From the NCBI GenBank assembly GCA_049317985.1, contig JBMOHF010000004.1:254-64253 (forward strand): a stretch of DNA of 64,000 nucleotides. Reading direction: 5' to 3'. Origin of the DNA: Patescibacteria group bacterium. Its GTDB lineage: Bacteria > Patescibacteriota > Patescibacteriia > Patescibacteriales > UBA12465. Positions 38,924-48,761 of the stretch are shown here, one piece after another. A program made the translations under genes and the position numbers. Each line of letters opens with the position of its first letter. The first letter of the stretch is position 1. A model generated the notes under the pieces. That model made no database searches, was not told the origin of the DNA, and saw only the letters and a program-made list of their open reading frames with translations.

Positions 38924-40750
38924 ATGAGTCAATCTGATGAAATAAAGAGTCGATTGGATATTGTGGAGGTTATTCGTTCCTATGTCCAAGTAAAGGCCGT
39001 TGGTGCCAATTTTCAGGCCCTTTGTCCCTTTCACCGGGAAAAGAGCCCGTCTTTTGTAATTTCACCAGAAAAGAACATTTGGCACTGTTTTGGCTGTGGC
39101 AAAGGTGGCGACGTCTTTTCTTTTGTTCAGGAGATGGAGGGGGTTGGCTTCGTTGAAGCAATGCGTCTCTTAGCTCCAAAAGCGGGGATCACTTTAACAA
39201 CTTTTGAAAAAAATGATTTTTCAAAACGTAATCGTCTTCTCGATATTTTAGAATCCACCACTCGTTATTTTGAAAAACACTTAGAAGGTGAAGCCGGCGC
39301 TTATTTTCGAGAATACTTAGCCGAGCGTGGTTTAAAAGAAGAGACCATCAAAGAGTGGCGAATTGGTTTTGCTCCAGACAGTTGGGATAACTTAATTTTA
39401 CGTCTGAAAGAATTACCAAAAAACGAACGTCTGCATTTTAGTGATCAGGAAATTTTTGCTGCCGGCCTATCAATCAGAAAAGAAGGTGCTAATCGTTATT
39501 ATAATCGTTTTCGTGACCGAATCATTTTTCCAATCACGGATATTAACAGTAATGTGATTGCTTTCACTGCTCGAGTTAATCCAAAAATTGAACATAATGA
39601 AAAAGTTGGCGGGAAATATATTAACAGTCCACAGACGGAACTTTACGATAAGAGTCGAGTTGTTTTTGGTCTAGATAAAGCAAAGTCATTTATCAAAAGC
39701 GAAGACTTGGCAATCGTTGTCGAAGGCCAGATGGACGTGATTATGGCCCATCAGCATGGGTTTAAAAACGTTGTCGCTTCTTCAGGAACCGCTTTAACAG
39801 CTGAGCAGTTAACAATAATCAAAAGATTTACTAATAATTTGGCTTTAGCTTTTGATATGGACGCCGCCGGACAGATGGCAGCTGATCGGGGCATCAAGGA
39901 GGCAATGGCTCTGGACTTCAATATCAATGTCATTGTTCTGAGGGACGGGAAGGACGCAGCTGAGTGTCTTAAAAAACATCCTGAAGAATGGAAGCAAGCA
40001 GTCCTGGAAGCTCGGCCGATGATGGAATATTATCTCGATAAGTTAAGTGTTGATTTCGATCCGAAAACAGCAACCGGTAGCAAGGAATTATCTAAGCGTT
40101 CGATAGAAATGATTTCAAAATTTTCAAGCAAGATTGAGCAGGATTTTTGGTTACGTCGGGTGGCGGAAGTAATTGGTGTTCCGGAACAATCAATGAGAGA
40201 CGAATTGAAAAAAAATGGTACAAATCTAACAAGCGCGCCAGTTGTAGTCCCTGAGGAAAAATATATCTCGAATGGCTCAACCGATCGTCACGAGCTAATG
40301 AGTGAACTGACCCTTGCCTTGGTTTTGCGCTCACCAAGCTTAGTACCTTACTTGAGCACCAAACTAGAACCAGAATTTCTCAAAGGTAACGGAAAAATTT
40401 CATTTTACAAGGAATTGATTATCTATTATAATAAAAACGGAAGCTTTGATTACGGAGATTTCCATAATTTTTTGCTTGCCAAAGGAGATAAAAGTGAAAA
40501 TTTCCTTGATTTGTTGGTTCTTTTAGGTGAAAAAGACTTTTATTCGCTCGGAGAATTGGAGCTTAAAAATGAAATTGCCAAAAGTGTTTTAGAATTAAAA
40601 AAATATTATTATCAGGAGCGTATCAAGAGTATCCAGCGCGAATTGCCAGAAGCAGAGAAAGGTGGGCAAGAAGAACTGGTCCAGAGACTGATGAATGATC
40701 TGAAAGATTTCACCGATCGTTTGCGTGAAATTGGAACGGCTAGTAATTAA
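38924..40750 (+). CDS. dnaG: DNA primase
   Basis: CHC2 zinc finger [11 protein letters not shown]...[24 protein letters not shown]. Confidence 0.95.
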   Translation: MSQSDEIKSRLDIVEVIRSYVQVKAVGANFQALCPFHREKSPSFVISPEKNIWHCFGCGKGGDVFSFVQEMEGVGFVEAMRLLAPKAGITLTTFEKNDFSKRNRLLDILESTTRYFEKHLEGEAGAYFREYLAERGLKEETIKEWRIGFAPDSWDNLILRLKELPKNERLHFSDQEIFAAGLSIRKEGANRYYNRFRDRIIFPITDINSNVIAFTARVNPKIEHNEKVGGKYINSPQTELYDKSRVVFGLDKAKSFIKSEDLAIVVEGQMDVIMAHQHGFKNVVASSGTALTAEQLTIIKRFTNNLALAFDMDAAGQMAADRGIKEAMALDFNINVIVLRDGKDAAECLKKHPEEWKQAVLEARPMMEYYLDKLSVDFDPKTATGSKELSKRSIEMISKFSSKIEQDFWLRRVAEVIGVPEQSMRDELKKNGTNLTSAPVVVPEEKYISNGSTDRHELMSELTLALVLRSPSLVPYLSTKLEPEFLKGNGKISFYKELIIYYNKNGSFDYGDFHNFLLAKGDKSENFLDLLVLLGEKDFYSLGELELKNEIAKSVLELKKYYYQERIKSIQRELPEAEKGGQEELVQRLMNDLKDFTDRLREIGTASN

Positions 40751-40790
40751 CGGACTATGGTTGATTGATTTGTCAATAAATTATCAATAT

Positions 40791-42347
40791 ATGGCGTTAA
40801 AAAAACAAAAAATCTCTTCTGTAAATGGAAAAGGTAAATTAGTTAAAAAGGTTATTAAACCCGTATTGAAGTCGGCCAAAAAAAAATTAAAGCCAGTGAA
40901 AAAGATAACCAAAAAAGTTTCAATTTTACTAGCGAAGCGTGGAAAATTTGTCAAAAATACAAAAAAAATAGTGAAGAAAAATTCTGCGAAGAAGCCAATT
41001 TTATTAAAGAAAAAAGCAAGTAAGCCTGTTAAAAAAAGTCCGGTAAAATCTGTCAAAAAAATGATCAAAAAATCTGTTAACGTCAAAGCAAAAGTAATTA
41101 AAAAACCTTTAGCTAATTCAGCAAAGAAACCAGCCCCACTCGCAAAGAAAGGGAAGCCGGTTGTTAAGGTTGTTTCGAAAAAGGTAGCACCAATAACAAA
41201 ACCAAAGGCTCCTGTAAAAATTACCCAAAAAAGTCCCAAAACCCCGGAAGTAAAAAAGGAAATTAAATATCCTGCCGAAGAAAAGCTTCAAAAGCTTCTT
41301 GATAAAGGAAGAGTTCGCGGTTTTGTGATGGAGACTGAATTACTTTATGCTTTTCCGGAAGTAGAAGATTACGTTTATGAATATGATGTGTTTTTAGGTG
41401 ACCTGCAAAAAAATGGAATTAGAATTATTGAAGATACTGGTCATATTTTGGGTGCCACCGAAACCATCGCGAGAAATGAAAAGGAACGGAAAGCGCAATT
41501 GTCTATTGATTTATCAAAACTTTCAGCGGATTCGATTCAGATGTATTTGAAAGAAATTGGTAAAGTGCCATTGCTTAACGGCGAAGAAGAAGTTGAACTG
41601 GCCAAACGAAAAGAGAAGGGCGATAAAGAGGCAGAAAACAGAATCATCGAAGCCAATCTTCGCTTAGTGGTTTCAATTGCCAAAAAATTTGCTGGAGCAA
41701 AAGGTTTGAGCTTATTAGATTTAATCCAAGAAGGAAATATCGGTTTGTTCCGTGCCGTTGAAAAGTTTGAATATCGCAAAGGCTATAAATTTTCTACTTA
41801 TGCCACTTGGTGGATTCGTCAGGCCATCACTCGTGCCCTCGCTGACCAGTCCCGCACTATTCGTATTCCAGTTCACATGGTAGAAACTATTAATAAATTT
41901 CAACAGGTTCAACGAACTTTGATTCAGGAATTGAGTCGTGAACCATTACCGGAAGAAATTGCTGCTGAAATGGGAGAAGAACTGGAGAAGATTCGTTATA
42001 TTATAAAAATTTCTCAAGACACTATTTCACTGGAGACAACTATTGGTGACGACGAGGAAGATTCCACTCTGGAAGATTTCATTGAGGATGTGAAGAATGT
42101 CACTCCAGATCGTGCGGCCGCCCTTCAATTATTAAGAGATTATGTAAAAAATATTGTCGCTCAGCTTTCGCCACGTGAACAGAAAATTCTTGAGATGCGC
42201 TTTGGTCTGATTGACGGCGTCGCCCACACATTGGAAGAAGTTGGCCAGGAATTTGAGGTTACTCGCGAACGTATTCGTCAGATTGAATCGAAAGCTCTTG
42301 AAAAGATCCGGAAACTAAAAGGCTTAGAGAAATTAAGGGATTATTAG
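40791..42347 (+). CDS. rpoD: RNA polymerase sigma-70 factor with ~170-aa Lys-rich N-terminal extension
   Basis: Region 2 ([18 protein letters not shown]) and region 4 ([20 protein letters not shown]). Start moved to ATG 40791. Confidence 0.93.
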   Translation: MALKKQKISSVNGKGKLVKKVIKPVLKSAKKKLKPVKKITKKVSILLAKRGKFVKNTKKIVKKNSAKKPILLKKKASKPVKKSPVKSVKKMIKKSVNVKAKVIKKPLANSAKKPAPLAKKGKPVVKVVSKKVAPITKPKAPVKITQKSPKTPEVKKEIKYPAEEKLQKLLDKGRVRGFVMETELLYAFPEVEDYVYEYDVFLGDLQKNGIRIIEDTGHILGATETIARNEKERKAQLSIDLSKLSADSIQMYLKEIGKVPLLNGEEEVELAKRKEKGDKEAENRIIEANLRLVVSIAKKFAGAKGLSLLDLIQEGNIGLFRAVEKFEYRKGYKFSTYATWWIRQAITRALADQSRTIRIPVHMVETINKFQQVQRTLIQELSREPLPEEIAAEMGEELEKIRYIIKISQDTISLETTIGDDEEDSTLEDFIEDVKNVTPDRAAALQLLRDYVKNIVAQLSPREQKILEMRFGLIDGVAHTLEEVGQEFEVTRERIRQIESKALEKIRKLKGLEKLRDY

Positions 42348-42355
42348 ATCTCTTT

Positions 42356-42940
42356 ATGAAGAAGGTTTTAAAATATTTTTTGATTGTCCTCGTTTCTGCG
42401 CTTGCTTTGGTGGTGATATTTTTTGTTTATCGCAAAAGTAGCGGCTATTTTGATAATTATCGTCTAGGCTACTCTTTGAAAACTTTTGATTTGAGTAATG
42501 TCAGTGGTCAGTATTTTTTTGGTGTACCCTGTGCTACTGATGGTCGCTGCGTCTTTTTACAAAAATCAGGTTTTGGGGAGGTAATTATAAAATCAGACAA
42601 GCTTTCCGACTTTGGCTTCAGTGAATACCGCAACACTAATGCGCCAAACATCGACTTATCAAAAATATTAACAACTGAGGAGCAGGAAAAATTTTTATCT
42701 CTGGTTTCTAGGAATAAAGAAATGTGGTATCCGAATGCGTTTAACCCAAATCCAGTTTGGGTGCGATATTTCTTGAAAGGCAAAAAAATTATTGAATCCC
42801 AACAGGTTGTCACTGACGTTATGTCAAATGATCGTTCTATGTCTTATACAGGCAAGGGTTTAAGAATAGAGCACGGGATAGCATTTTTAGTGCTTCAAGA
42901 AGCTGAAGTGGCGCCATTTATTACTAATTCGCACGCGTAA
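42356..42940 (+). CDS. Hypothetical membrane-anchored protein
   Basis: N-terminal TM helix, then a polar domain. Confidence 0.5.
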   Translation: MKKVLKYFLIVLVSALALVVIFFVYRKSSGYFDNYRLGYSLKTFDLSNVSGQYFFGVPCATDGRCVFLQKSGFGEVIIKSDKLSDFGFSEYRNTNAPNIDLSKILTTEEQEKFLSLVSRNKEMWYPNAFNPNPVWVRYFLKGKKIIESQQVVTDVMSNDRSMSYTGKGLRIEHGIAFLVLQEAEVAPFITNSHA

Positions 42941-43299
42941 CTTTCTACAAGTTTTTAAAGGAAGACACAGTTAATGAAAAACAATATTTATATTGCGCTG
43001 TTAATTCAAAAATTTACGCATGTTTTGAGCCAAGATTGAGGCAAGTCTATGACGTGCGCTTTCCTGAAGAAGAATTATCCAAGGTGCTAGAAAGTTTTCG
43101 ATTTCACCAGAAATAGGATTATATTGCGGGATTATGATTAATTAAAGTATTTTATCTCTGTTTACAAAATATCATTTTTGTCGAAAACGGCTTTTAACAG
43201 AAGTCGTTTTTTTAATACCAAAACCTCGTGTAGCTGTTTTTTTAGATAATAATGTTATAATAATAAGCGAAGTATTTACTTAAACTTTATATCCAATAT

Positions 43300-45768
43300 A
43301 TGCAGAACGATTGTCCAAAATTTCCCGGTCTTAGTGCTGAGGAAGCCTCTAGGCTACTTGCCTCATACGGTCCAAATTCTCTGCAAGAGCATAAAAAAAT
43401 TAATATCTTTCGGAAGATATTTTCCTATTTTACTGATCCGATGATCGTGATTCTTCTGATTGCGGCCACGATTTCTGGGGCAACCGGTCAGTTCCGCGGC
43501 GCAACAATTATCATCTCCATGGTTCTCTTAAGTGTGGTCTTAAATTTTTATCAGGAGCATAAATCAGATAAAGCTGCTGAAAAAATTTACTCTCGCTTAG
43601 CGATAATCGTCAAAGTCCGTCGCGGAGGGAAAGAACTTGAAATTGACTCAAAACTAATTGTTCCTGGTGATCTTGTTATTTTGATGGCTGGTGATATTAT
43701 TCCAGCCGATGGTATTATTCTAGTTTCCGACGATCTTTTCATCAACGAATCTGCTTTAACTGGTGAAAGTTTGCCCGTTGAAAAAGATAGTATTGAAAAT
43801 AAAAAAGCGTTTGCTGGTACATATATTGTTTCTGGCTTTGGTGAGTTGCTAGTAGAGGCTACTGGCCAAAAAACGGAATTTGGAAAAATTGCTGCCAGTT
43901 TGGAAAAAGAAACTCAGCCTGATGCCTTTTCTGAGGGCGTCAAAAAGTTTGGGATTTTATTGATGAAGGTAATAATCTCAATCGTTTCAATCATATTCTT
44001 GATTAATCTGATAATGCACAAGAATTTTTTTGATTCGCTGGTTTTTGCGATTGCCGTGGCCGTTGGAGTAACTCCTGAGCTATTACCGATGATTATGAGC
44101 GTTAATATGTCCAAAGGGGCGATGCGCATGATGAAGAAGGGCGTCTTAGTAAAGAAATTAACCTCAATCCCTGACTTTGGTTCAATGGACGTTCTTTGTA
44201 CGGACAAGACTGGTACTTTAACCCAGGACAAAATCACCCTTGTCCACAATTACAATATTCTGGGCGGTGAATCAATGAGAATTGTTAACTCTTCAATCAT
44301 CAACGCCAGCCTAGAATCGGGAATTAAAAGTGTTTTAGACCAAGCGATTATTCAATTCAATCATGATAAAGCTGAAAAGCAAGTAGATCTTCACAAAATT
44401 GCAGAAATACCTTACGATTTTCAGCGCAAACGCTCATCAGTAGTGGCAAGTCTCACGGGCGTGACCAAAATTGTCACCAAAGGGGCACCGGAGGAGATCT
44501 TTAAAATTTGCAATTTTTATGATAGTGAAGGTAACGATGAGAAGTTTGGTTTGGAAAGTTTAAAGAAAGTAAAAGAATTATATGATAAATTGAGTGCCGA
44601 AGGTTTTCGGGTTTTGGCATTGGCGGAAAAATTAGTCGAAAATACTGGTGAAAAAACAGATTGGCGCAAAGAAGAACAAGGGTTAACCCTCCTCGGCCTA
44701 ATGGCTTTTTATGATCCACCAAAAGAGGGCGTAAAAGAGGTTCTGGATTTTATGTTTGCCCATGGAATTAAAATTAAAATTTTAACGGGCGATTCTTTAT
44801 TGGTAACCAAAAAAATCTGTAACGATATCGGATTTAAAATCAATGGAGCAATTAGCGGAGAGGATCTCGATTTTAATTCAATGAATGACGACGAAATATA
44901 TTTTCACATCAAGGATGCCGAGATATGTGCTCGTCTCGCACCTGCGCAAAAAGAAAAAATAATTTCACTTCTTCGGCAAAATGGTTTAGTCGTTGCATAT
45001 CTTGGTGATGGAATTAATGATGCGCCATCCCTAAAGATGGCTGACGTTGGAATTAGTGTTGAAAATGCGGTTGATATCGCTCGCGAAGCAGCTGATATTA
45101 TTTTGCTCAAAAAAGGATTACAAGAATTAATGGATGGAGTGCTAGAGGGAAGACGCACATTTGGGAATACGATGAAGTATCTCTTAATGGGTCTTAGCTC
45201 AAACTTTGGTAACATGCTTTCGATGATTGTTGCTAGTATTTTTTTGCCATTTTTCCCAATGACCGCTGGCCAGATTTTATTGAATAATTTTATTTACGAC
45301 ACCTCACAATTAGCAATCCCGACTGATAACGTTGATCCAGAATATTTAAAAAAACCGCGCCATTGGAATATGGGTTTATTGAAAAAATTCATGTTGGTAT
45401 TCGGGCCGATTAGTTCCATCTTTGATGTTTTGACTTTTTTTGTTTTATATAAAATATTTTCTCTTTCTGGCCCCGCTTTTCAGGCCGGTTGGTTCGTTGA
45501 GTCACTAGCGACTCAGGTTTTTGTTATTCATATTATTAGAACAAGAAAAATTCCTTTTTTCCAATCGAGAGCTAGTTGGCAAATGACGGCGCTTACAAGT
45601 TTTGCAGTATTAGTGGGGGCAGCTTTGACTTTCCGTCCCTTGGCAGCTTTAGTTGGCTTTGAACCGTTGCCGTGGTTGGTATTCCCAATAATTATTTTGA
45701 TTGTTTTGGTTTATTTAGTTATGATGGAGGTTGTTAAAAGAATTTTTTATCATTTTGTTAAAGACTAA
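43300..45768 (+). CDS. mgtA: Magnesium-translocating P-type ATPase (MgtA-like)
   Basis: CTDKTGTLTQDKI, LTGD, GDGINDAPSL. 822 aa. Confidence 0.8.
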   Translation: MQNDCPKFPGLSAEEASRLLASYGPNSLQEHKKINIFRKIFSYFTDPMIVILLIAATISGATGQFRGATIIISMVLLSVVLNFYQEHKSDKAAEKIYSRLAIIVKVRRGGKELEIDSKLIVPGDLVILMAGDIIPADGIILVSDDLFINESALTGESLPVEKDSIENKKAFAGTYIVSGFGELLVEATGQKTEFGKIAASLEKETQPDAFSEGVKKFGILLMKVIISIVSIIFLINLIMHKNFFDSLVFAIAVAVGVTPELLPMIMSVNMSKGAMRMMKKGVLVKKLTSIPDFGSMDVLCTDKTGTLTQDKITLVHNYNILGGESMRIVNSSIINASLESGIKSVLDQAIIQFNHDKAEKQVDLHKIAEIPYDFQRKRSSVVASLTGVTKIVTKGAPEEIFKICNFYDSEGNDEKFGLESLKKVKELYDKLSAEGFRVLALAEKLVENTGEKTDWRKEEQGLTLLGLMAFYDPPKEGVKEVLDFMFAHGIKIKILTGDSLLVTKKICNDIGFKINGAISGEDLDFNSMNDDEIYFHIKDAEICARLAPAQKEKIISLLRQNGLVVAYLGDGINDAPSLKMADVGISVENAVDIAREAADIILLKKGLQELMDGVLEGRRTFGNTMKYLLMGLSSNFGNMLSMIVASIFLPFFPMTAGQILLNNFIYDTSQLAIPTDNVDPEYLKKPRHWNMGLLKKFMLVFGPISSIFDVLTFFVLYKIFSLSGPAFQAGWFVESLATQVFVIHIIRTRKIPFFQSRASWQMTALTSFAVLVGAALTFRPLAALVGFEPLPWLVFPIIILIVLVYLVMMEVVKRIFYHFVKD

Positions 45769-45775
45769 TTATCGT

Positions 45776-46489
45776 ATGAAAAAAACTCGCAAAAAAATTT
45801 CCAGATATCTTTTAAAAAAAAGGCTGGCACGTGATAATTTCTTTGGTCTCACTCTGACAATCTTGGTGGTAATTTTAATTTATATCTTTGTGCTTTTTGG
45901 CGCGGTTATCGGAAATTATTTACCATTAGAAAGTTTAATGATTTTTGATCAGAAGGTAAATAATTTTATTTTGGCTTCTCGTGTACCAAGTTTGGTTAAT
46001 TTATTTTTCTTAATTACTGCTTTCGCCTTACCACAGTTTGCGATTGGCATGAGCATTGCGTTCACGGCCTTTCTATCTTTGAAAAAGAAAAGAGTCTACC
46101 TCATGCCGTTCTTGGTTTCTTTTCTTGGTGGTGTATTAACTAATTTTTTAAGTAAAATTAGTTTACAGCGCGGAAGACCGATTAACGCAATTTATACTGA
46201 GAGCACCTATTCTTTTCCGAGTGGGCACTCGACCTTGGCAGTTGTTCTTTATGGCTTTGTCATTTATTATTTTTGGAAGAGAACTAAATCACGAGCAATG
46301 AAAAGTGTAATCTTAGCGATCGGTATTCTTTTTATCTTGGCGATTGGTTTCTCGAGAATTTATTTGGGAGTGCATTTCTTTAGTGATATTTTAGGTGGTT
46401 ATCTCTTGGGGTTAATCTGGCTGTGCACGGGAATCGGGCTAGCAGAATGGCGACTAGAAAAAAGAAGTATAAAGTTAATTGTTGGGTAA
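45776..46489 (+). CDS. PAP2-family phosphatase
   Basis: KISLQRGRP, PSGHS, SRIYLGVHFFSD. Start moved to ATG 45776. Confidence 0.8.
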   Translation: MKKTRKKISRYLLKKRLARDNFFGLTLTILVVILIYIFVLFGAVIGNYLPLESLMIFDQKVNNFILASRVPSLVNLFFLITAFALPQFAIGMSIAFTAFLSLKKKRVYLMPFLVSFLGGVLTNFLSKISLQRGRPINAIYTESTYSFPSGHSTLAVVLYGFVIYYFWKRTKSRAMKSVILAIGILFILAIGFSRIYLGVHFFSDILGGYLLGLIWLCTGIGLAEWRLEKRSIKLIVG

Positions 46490-46547
46490 TTACCAACTAC
46501 ATGTAAAATAAAAAACCCCACTTTAGAGCGGGGTTTTTCGTTAATAT

Positions 46548-47240
46548 TTACTTCTTGGTGATTATTGCTAACCAGTATTTTCTTTTATAGGTCACGCCCT
46601 TTATTTGTGGATATCCAACATCCTTTACTAGTTTTTCAAAGTTAAAATAGCGACCATATAAATTTTTGATATCAACTTCAGAAAAAACTCTTTCGGTTAT
46701 TTTTAATTCTTTTAAGAAATAGGTGTCTAATTCGCCGCCTGGGGAAGATTCTAAAAGATTTTTAGCATTTTGATCACCATCTTTACATAAGGCACGAAGT
46801 ATCATAAAACCACAAGGCTTTAATACTCGGCTGCTTTCTTTGAGGTAGACCTCTCTTTCGCTGCTTTTGATTGAATTTGAGGCTGTTATATCTAAAATTA
46901 GGTCAAAATGATTGTCTGGAAAGGGAAGTTTGGCGCCAATACTTTGGCGTAGGTATTTTGTTTGTTCGCCAAGCCCAGCTTTTATTGCTCTCTCTGAGGC
47001 CATTTGCAGGGCATTAGCGGCGAGATCGATGCCAATGACAAAGTTGCCCCGTTCGGCAAGGTAATTGCTGTTACGACCCGTTCCGCAGCCCAAATCAAGC
47101 ACCGCTAAATCGCTCATCGGCAGGCGTTTTTCTTTCTTGAGATATTTAAGAAATTGAACGATAAAATTTTGTGGTCCCTCTTTTTTGGTGACCAGCAAAG
47201 GTTTCTCATATTCTTTCTCCCAGGCTGAGTTTTTTCTCAT
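46548..47240 (-). CDS. Class I SAM-dependent methyltransferase
   Basis: VLDLGCGTGRNS motif I. Confidence 0.8.
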   Translation of the reverse strand: MRKNSAWEKEYEKPLLVTKKEGPQNFIVQFLKYLKKEKRLPMSDLAVLDLGCGTGRNSNYLAERGNFVIGIDLAANALQMASERAIKAGLGEQTKYLRQSIGAKLPFPDNHFDLILDITASNSIKSSEREVYLKESSRVLKPCGFMILRALCKDGDQNAKNLLESSPGGELDTYFLKELKITERVFSEVDIKNLYGRYFNFEKLVKDVGYPQIKGVTYKRKYWLAIITKK

Positions 47241-47259
47241 ATATTTAAATTAATTAAGT

Positions 47260-48750
47260 TTATTTTTGAAACAATTCTTTCTGAGCTTGATTGTATTTAA
47301 GCACATCTAAATTGTAGGCGTCAATTTTTGCTTGGTAGCTAGATAGTTGGCTATTGTATTTTACAACTGAGGTATTGTAAACAGGAACGAAATCATTGTA
47401 GTTTTTAAAATCATTACTATTTTTGTAATTATCAAGTTGTTGTTTGAGATTAAGCATCGCATTTTTTGCAACATCAAGTGCGCTTTTTAGCGTGGCCAAC
47501 TCTTCTTTTTTCGAGTCGATTGTATTTTCGAGAGATTGAATAGCAAATACCTGAGTTTTAACGGTATTTGCACCACTATAAATTTTGCCAGTAGTTTTTT
47601 GATAATACTCTACACGCCCCAAATTGTTAGTATTAAAAACTTGGCTGATTTGGTTGCTACTGCTAGCCACGCCGGCATTTATTGATTGAGGCAAGATACT
47701 GATTGGTAAGAAGTTTGTTGTTTCAACGAAGCAATAGCCAGAGCCATAAGTAGAGTCATTAACTGGGCACTGAATACCAACAGCACTGTGATTAGCATCC
47801 GGAAAATCAAATATTACTGAGCCATAACCAAGGTGTCTTAAAAGAAGGTTTGCTAAAAAACTTTTGTCAGAGCAAATCCCCGATTTCTGGTAAAGAGTTT
47901 CATAAGGATAGTTGGCTTGTAAGTTATTCGAATTAGCGCGAGCCTGATCGTAAGGAATATATTGGACAAAAGCAAGAACAAATTCTGCTAACTGATCGCT
48001 TTGGTAATTATCGCCGAGTGCCAAGCTTTTCAAATCACTTAGTATTTTATCGATTGAATTGTCATTACTTTTTGGAGTAATAAACATCTTATAAAAGCTG
48101 TCACGTGGGTTAGCCGGCGGGTTATTACTGGAGTAGATGAATGATTTTGGGGAATCGGAATATCGTTTGTATAAATTAGTGTTAAGAGTCTCTGTTAAAG
48201 AGTAACTTTTATTTTTGTATTTCCAAGTATAAGTAACACTCTTTTCGCCAACTAGATTACTGCTTGTTGTTGCGGTTGTTGAGCTTGGAGCTTTGACTGT
48301 CGCTGGGCTAGTATTATTTTTTGCAATTACTATTTTTGCTAAATTTGCATTATTGATTCCTAGTCCGCGGCTTTTAATGAGATTTACAACATCGCCAGGT
48401 TTTTCTAGCGGGTACATTTTTTTGTTTGTTGGATCAATGTAATATGCCTTTCCTCTGTCTTCAACTTTTATTAATATCCGGCCCAAAAGGCGAGTGGGAA
48501 CAGATTTTAAAATTGCTTTAAAGTCATAGTTTGAAATACCAAGTCCGAGTTTTGTGAGAATTTTTAAGGATTCCGCTGAATTTCCCAAAAAATAACGTTG
48601 TTTATTGATTGGTGAAATATACCAAGCTTGTCCATGGTCCTGGACCTGCAGAACGATTTTTCCTGAAAGATTTGTTGCCGCTTGAGTGTTAGGTCCAATT
48701 ATTAAAAGGGATAAGATAATAAGGATAAAACTAAATTTTTTGTAATTCAT
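47260..48750 (-). CDS. Secreted protein with duplicated N-terminal domain and transglutaminase-like Cys-protease core
   Basis: Signal peptide. Two copies of G+I.L.V.D.G.AWY..P.N...Y.L. GICSDKS...NHSAVGI. C-terminal coiled coil. Confidence 0.55.
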   Translation of the reverse strand: MNYKKFSFILIILSLLIIGPNTQAATNLSGKIVLQVQDHGQAWYISPINKQRYFLGNSAESLKILTKLGLGISNYDFKAILKSVPTRLLGRILIKVEDRGKAYYIDPTNKKMYPLEKPGDVVNLIKSRGLGINNANLAKIVIAKNNTSPATVKAPSSTTATTSSNLVGEKSVTYTWKYKNKSYSLTETLNTNLYKRYSDSPKSFIYSSNNPPANPRDSFYKMFITPKSNDNSIDKILSDLKSLALGDNYQSDQLAEFVLAFVQYIPYDQARANSNNLQANYPYETLYQKSGICSDKSFLANLLLRHLGYGSVIFDFPDANHSAVGIQCPVNDSTYGSGYCFVETTNFLPISILPQSINAGVASSSNQISQVFNTNNLGRVEYYQKTTGKIYSGANTVKTQVFAIQSLENTIDSKKEELATLKSALDVAKNAMLNLKQQLDNYKNSNDFKNYNDFVPVYNTSVVKYNSQLSSYQAKIDAYNLDVLKYNQAQKELFQK

Positions 48751-48761
48751 AAATTATCTAG

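Noticed and set aside
40800-41300. Repetitive sequence that could be mistaken for a tandem repeat or CRISPR-like array.
   Set aside because: It is in-frame Lys-rich low-complexity coding sequence of the rpoD N-terminal extension. There is no repeat-spacer periodicity.
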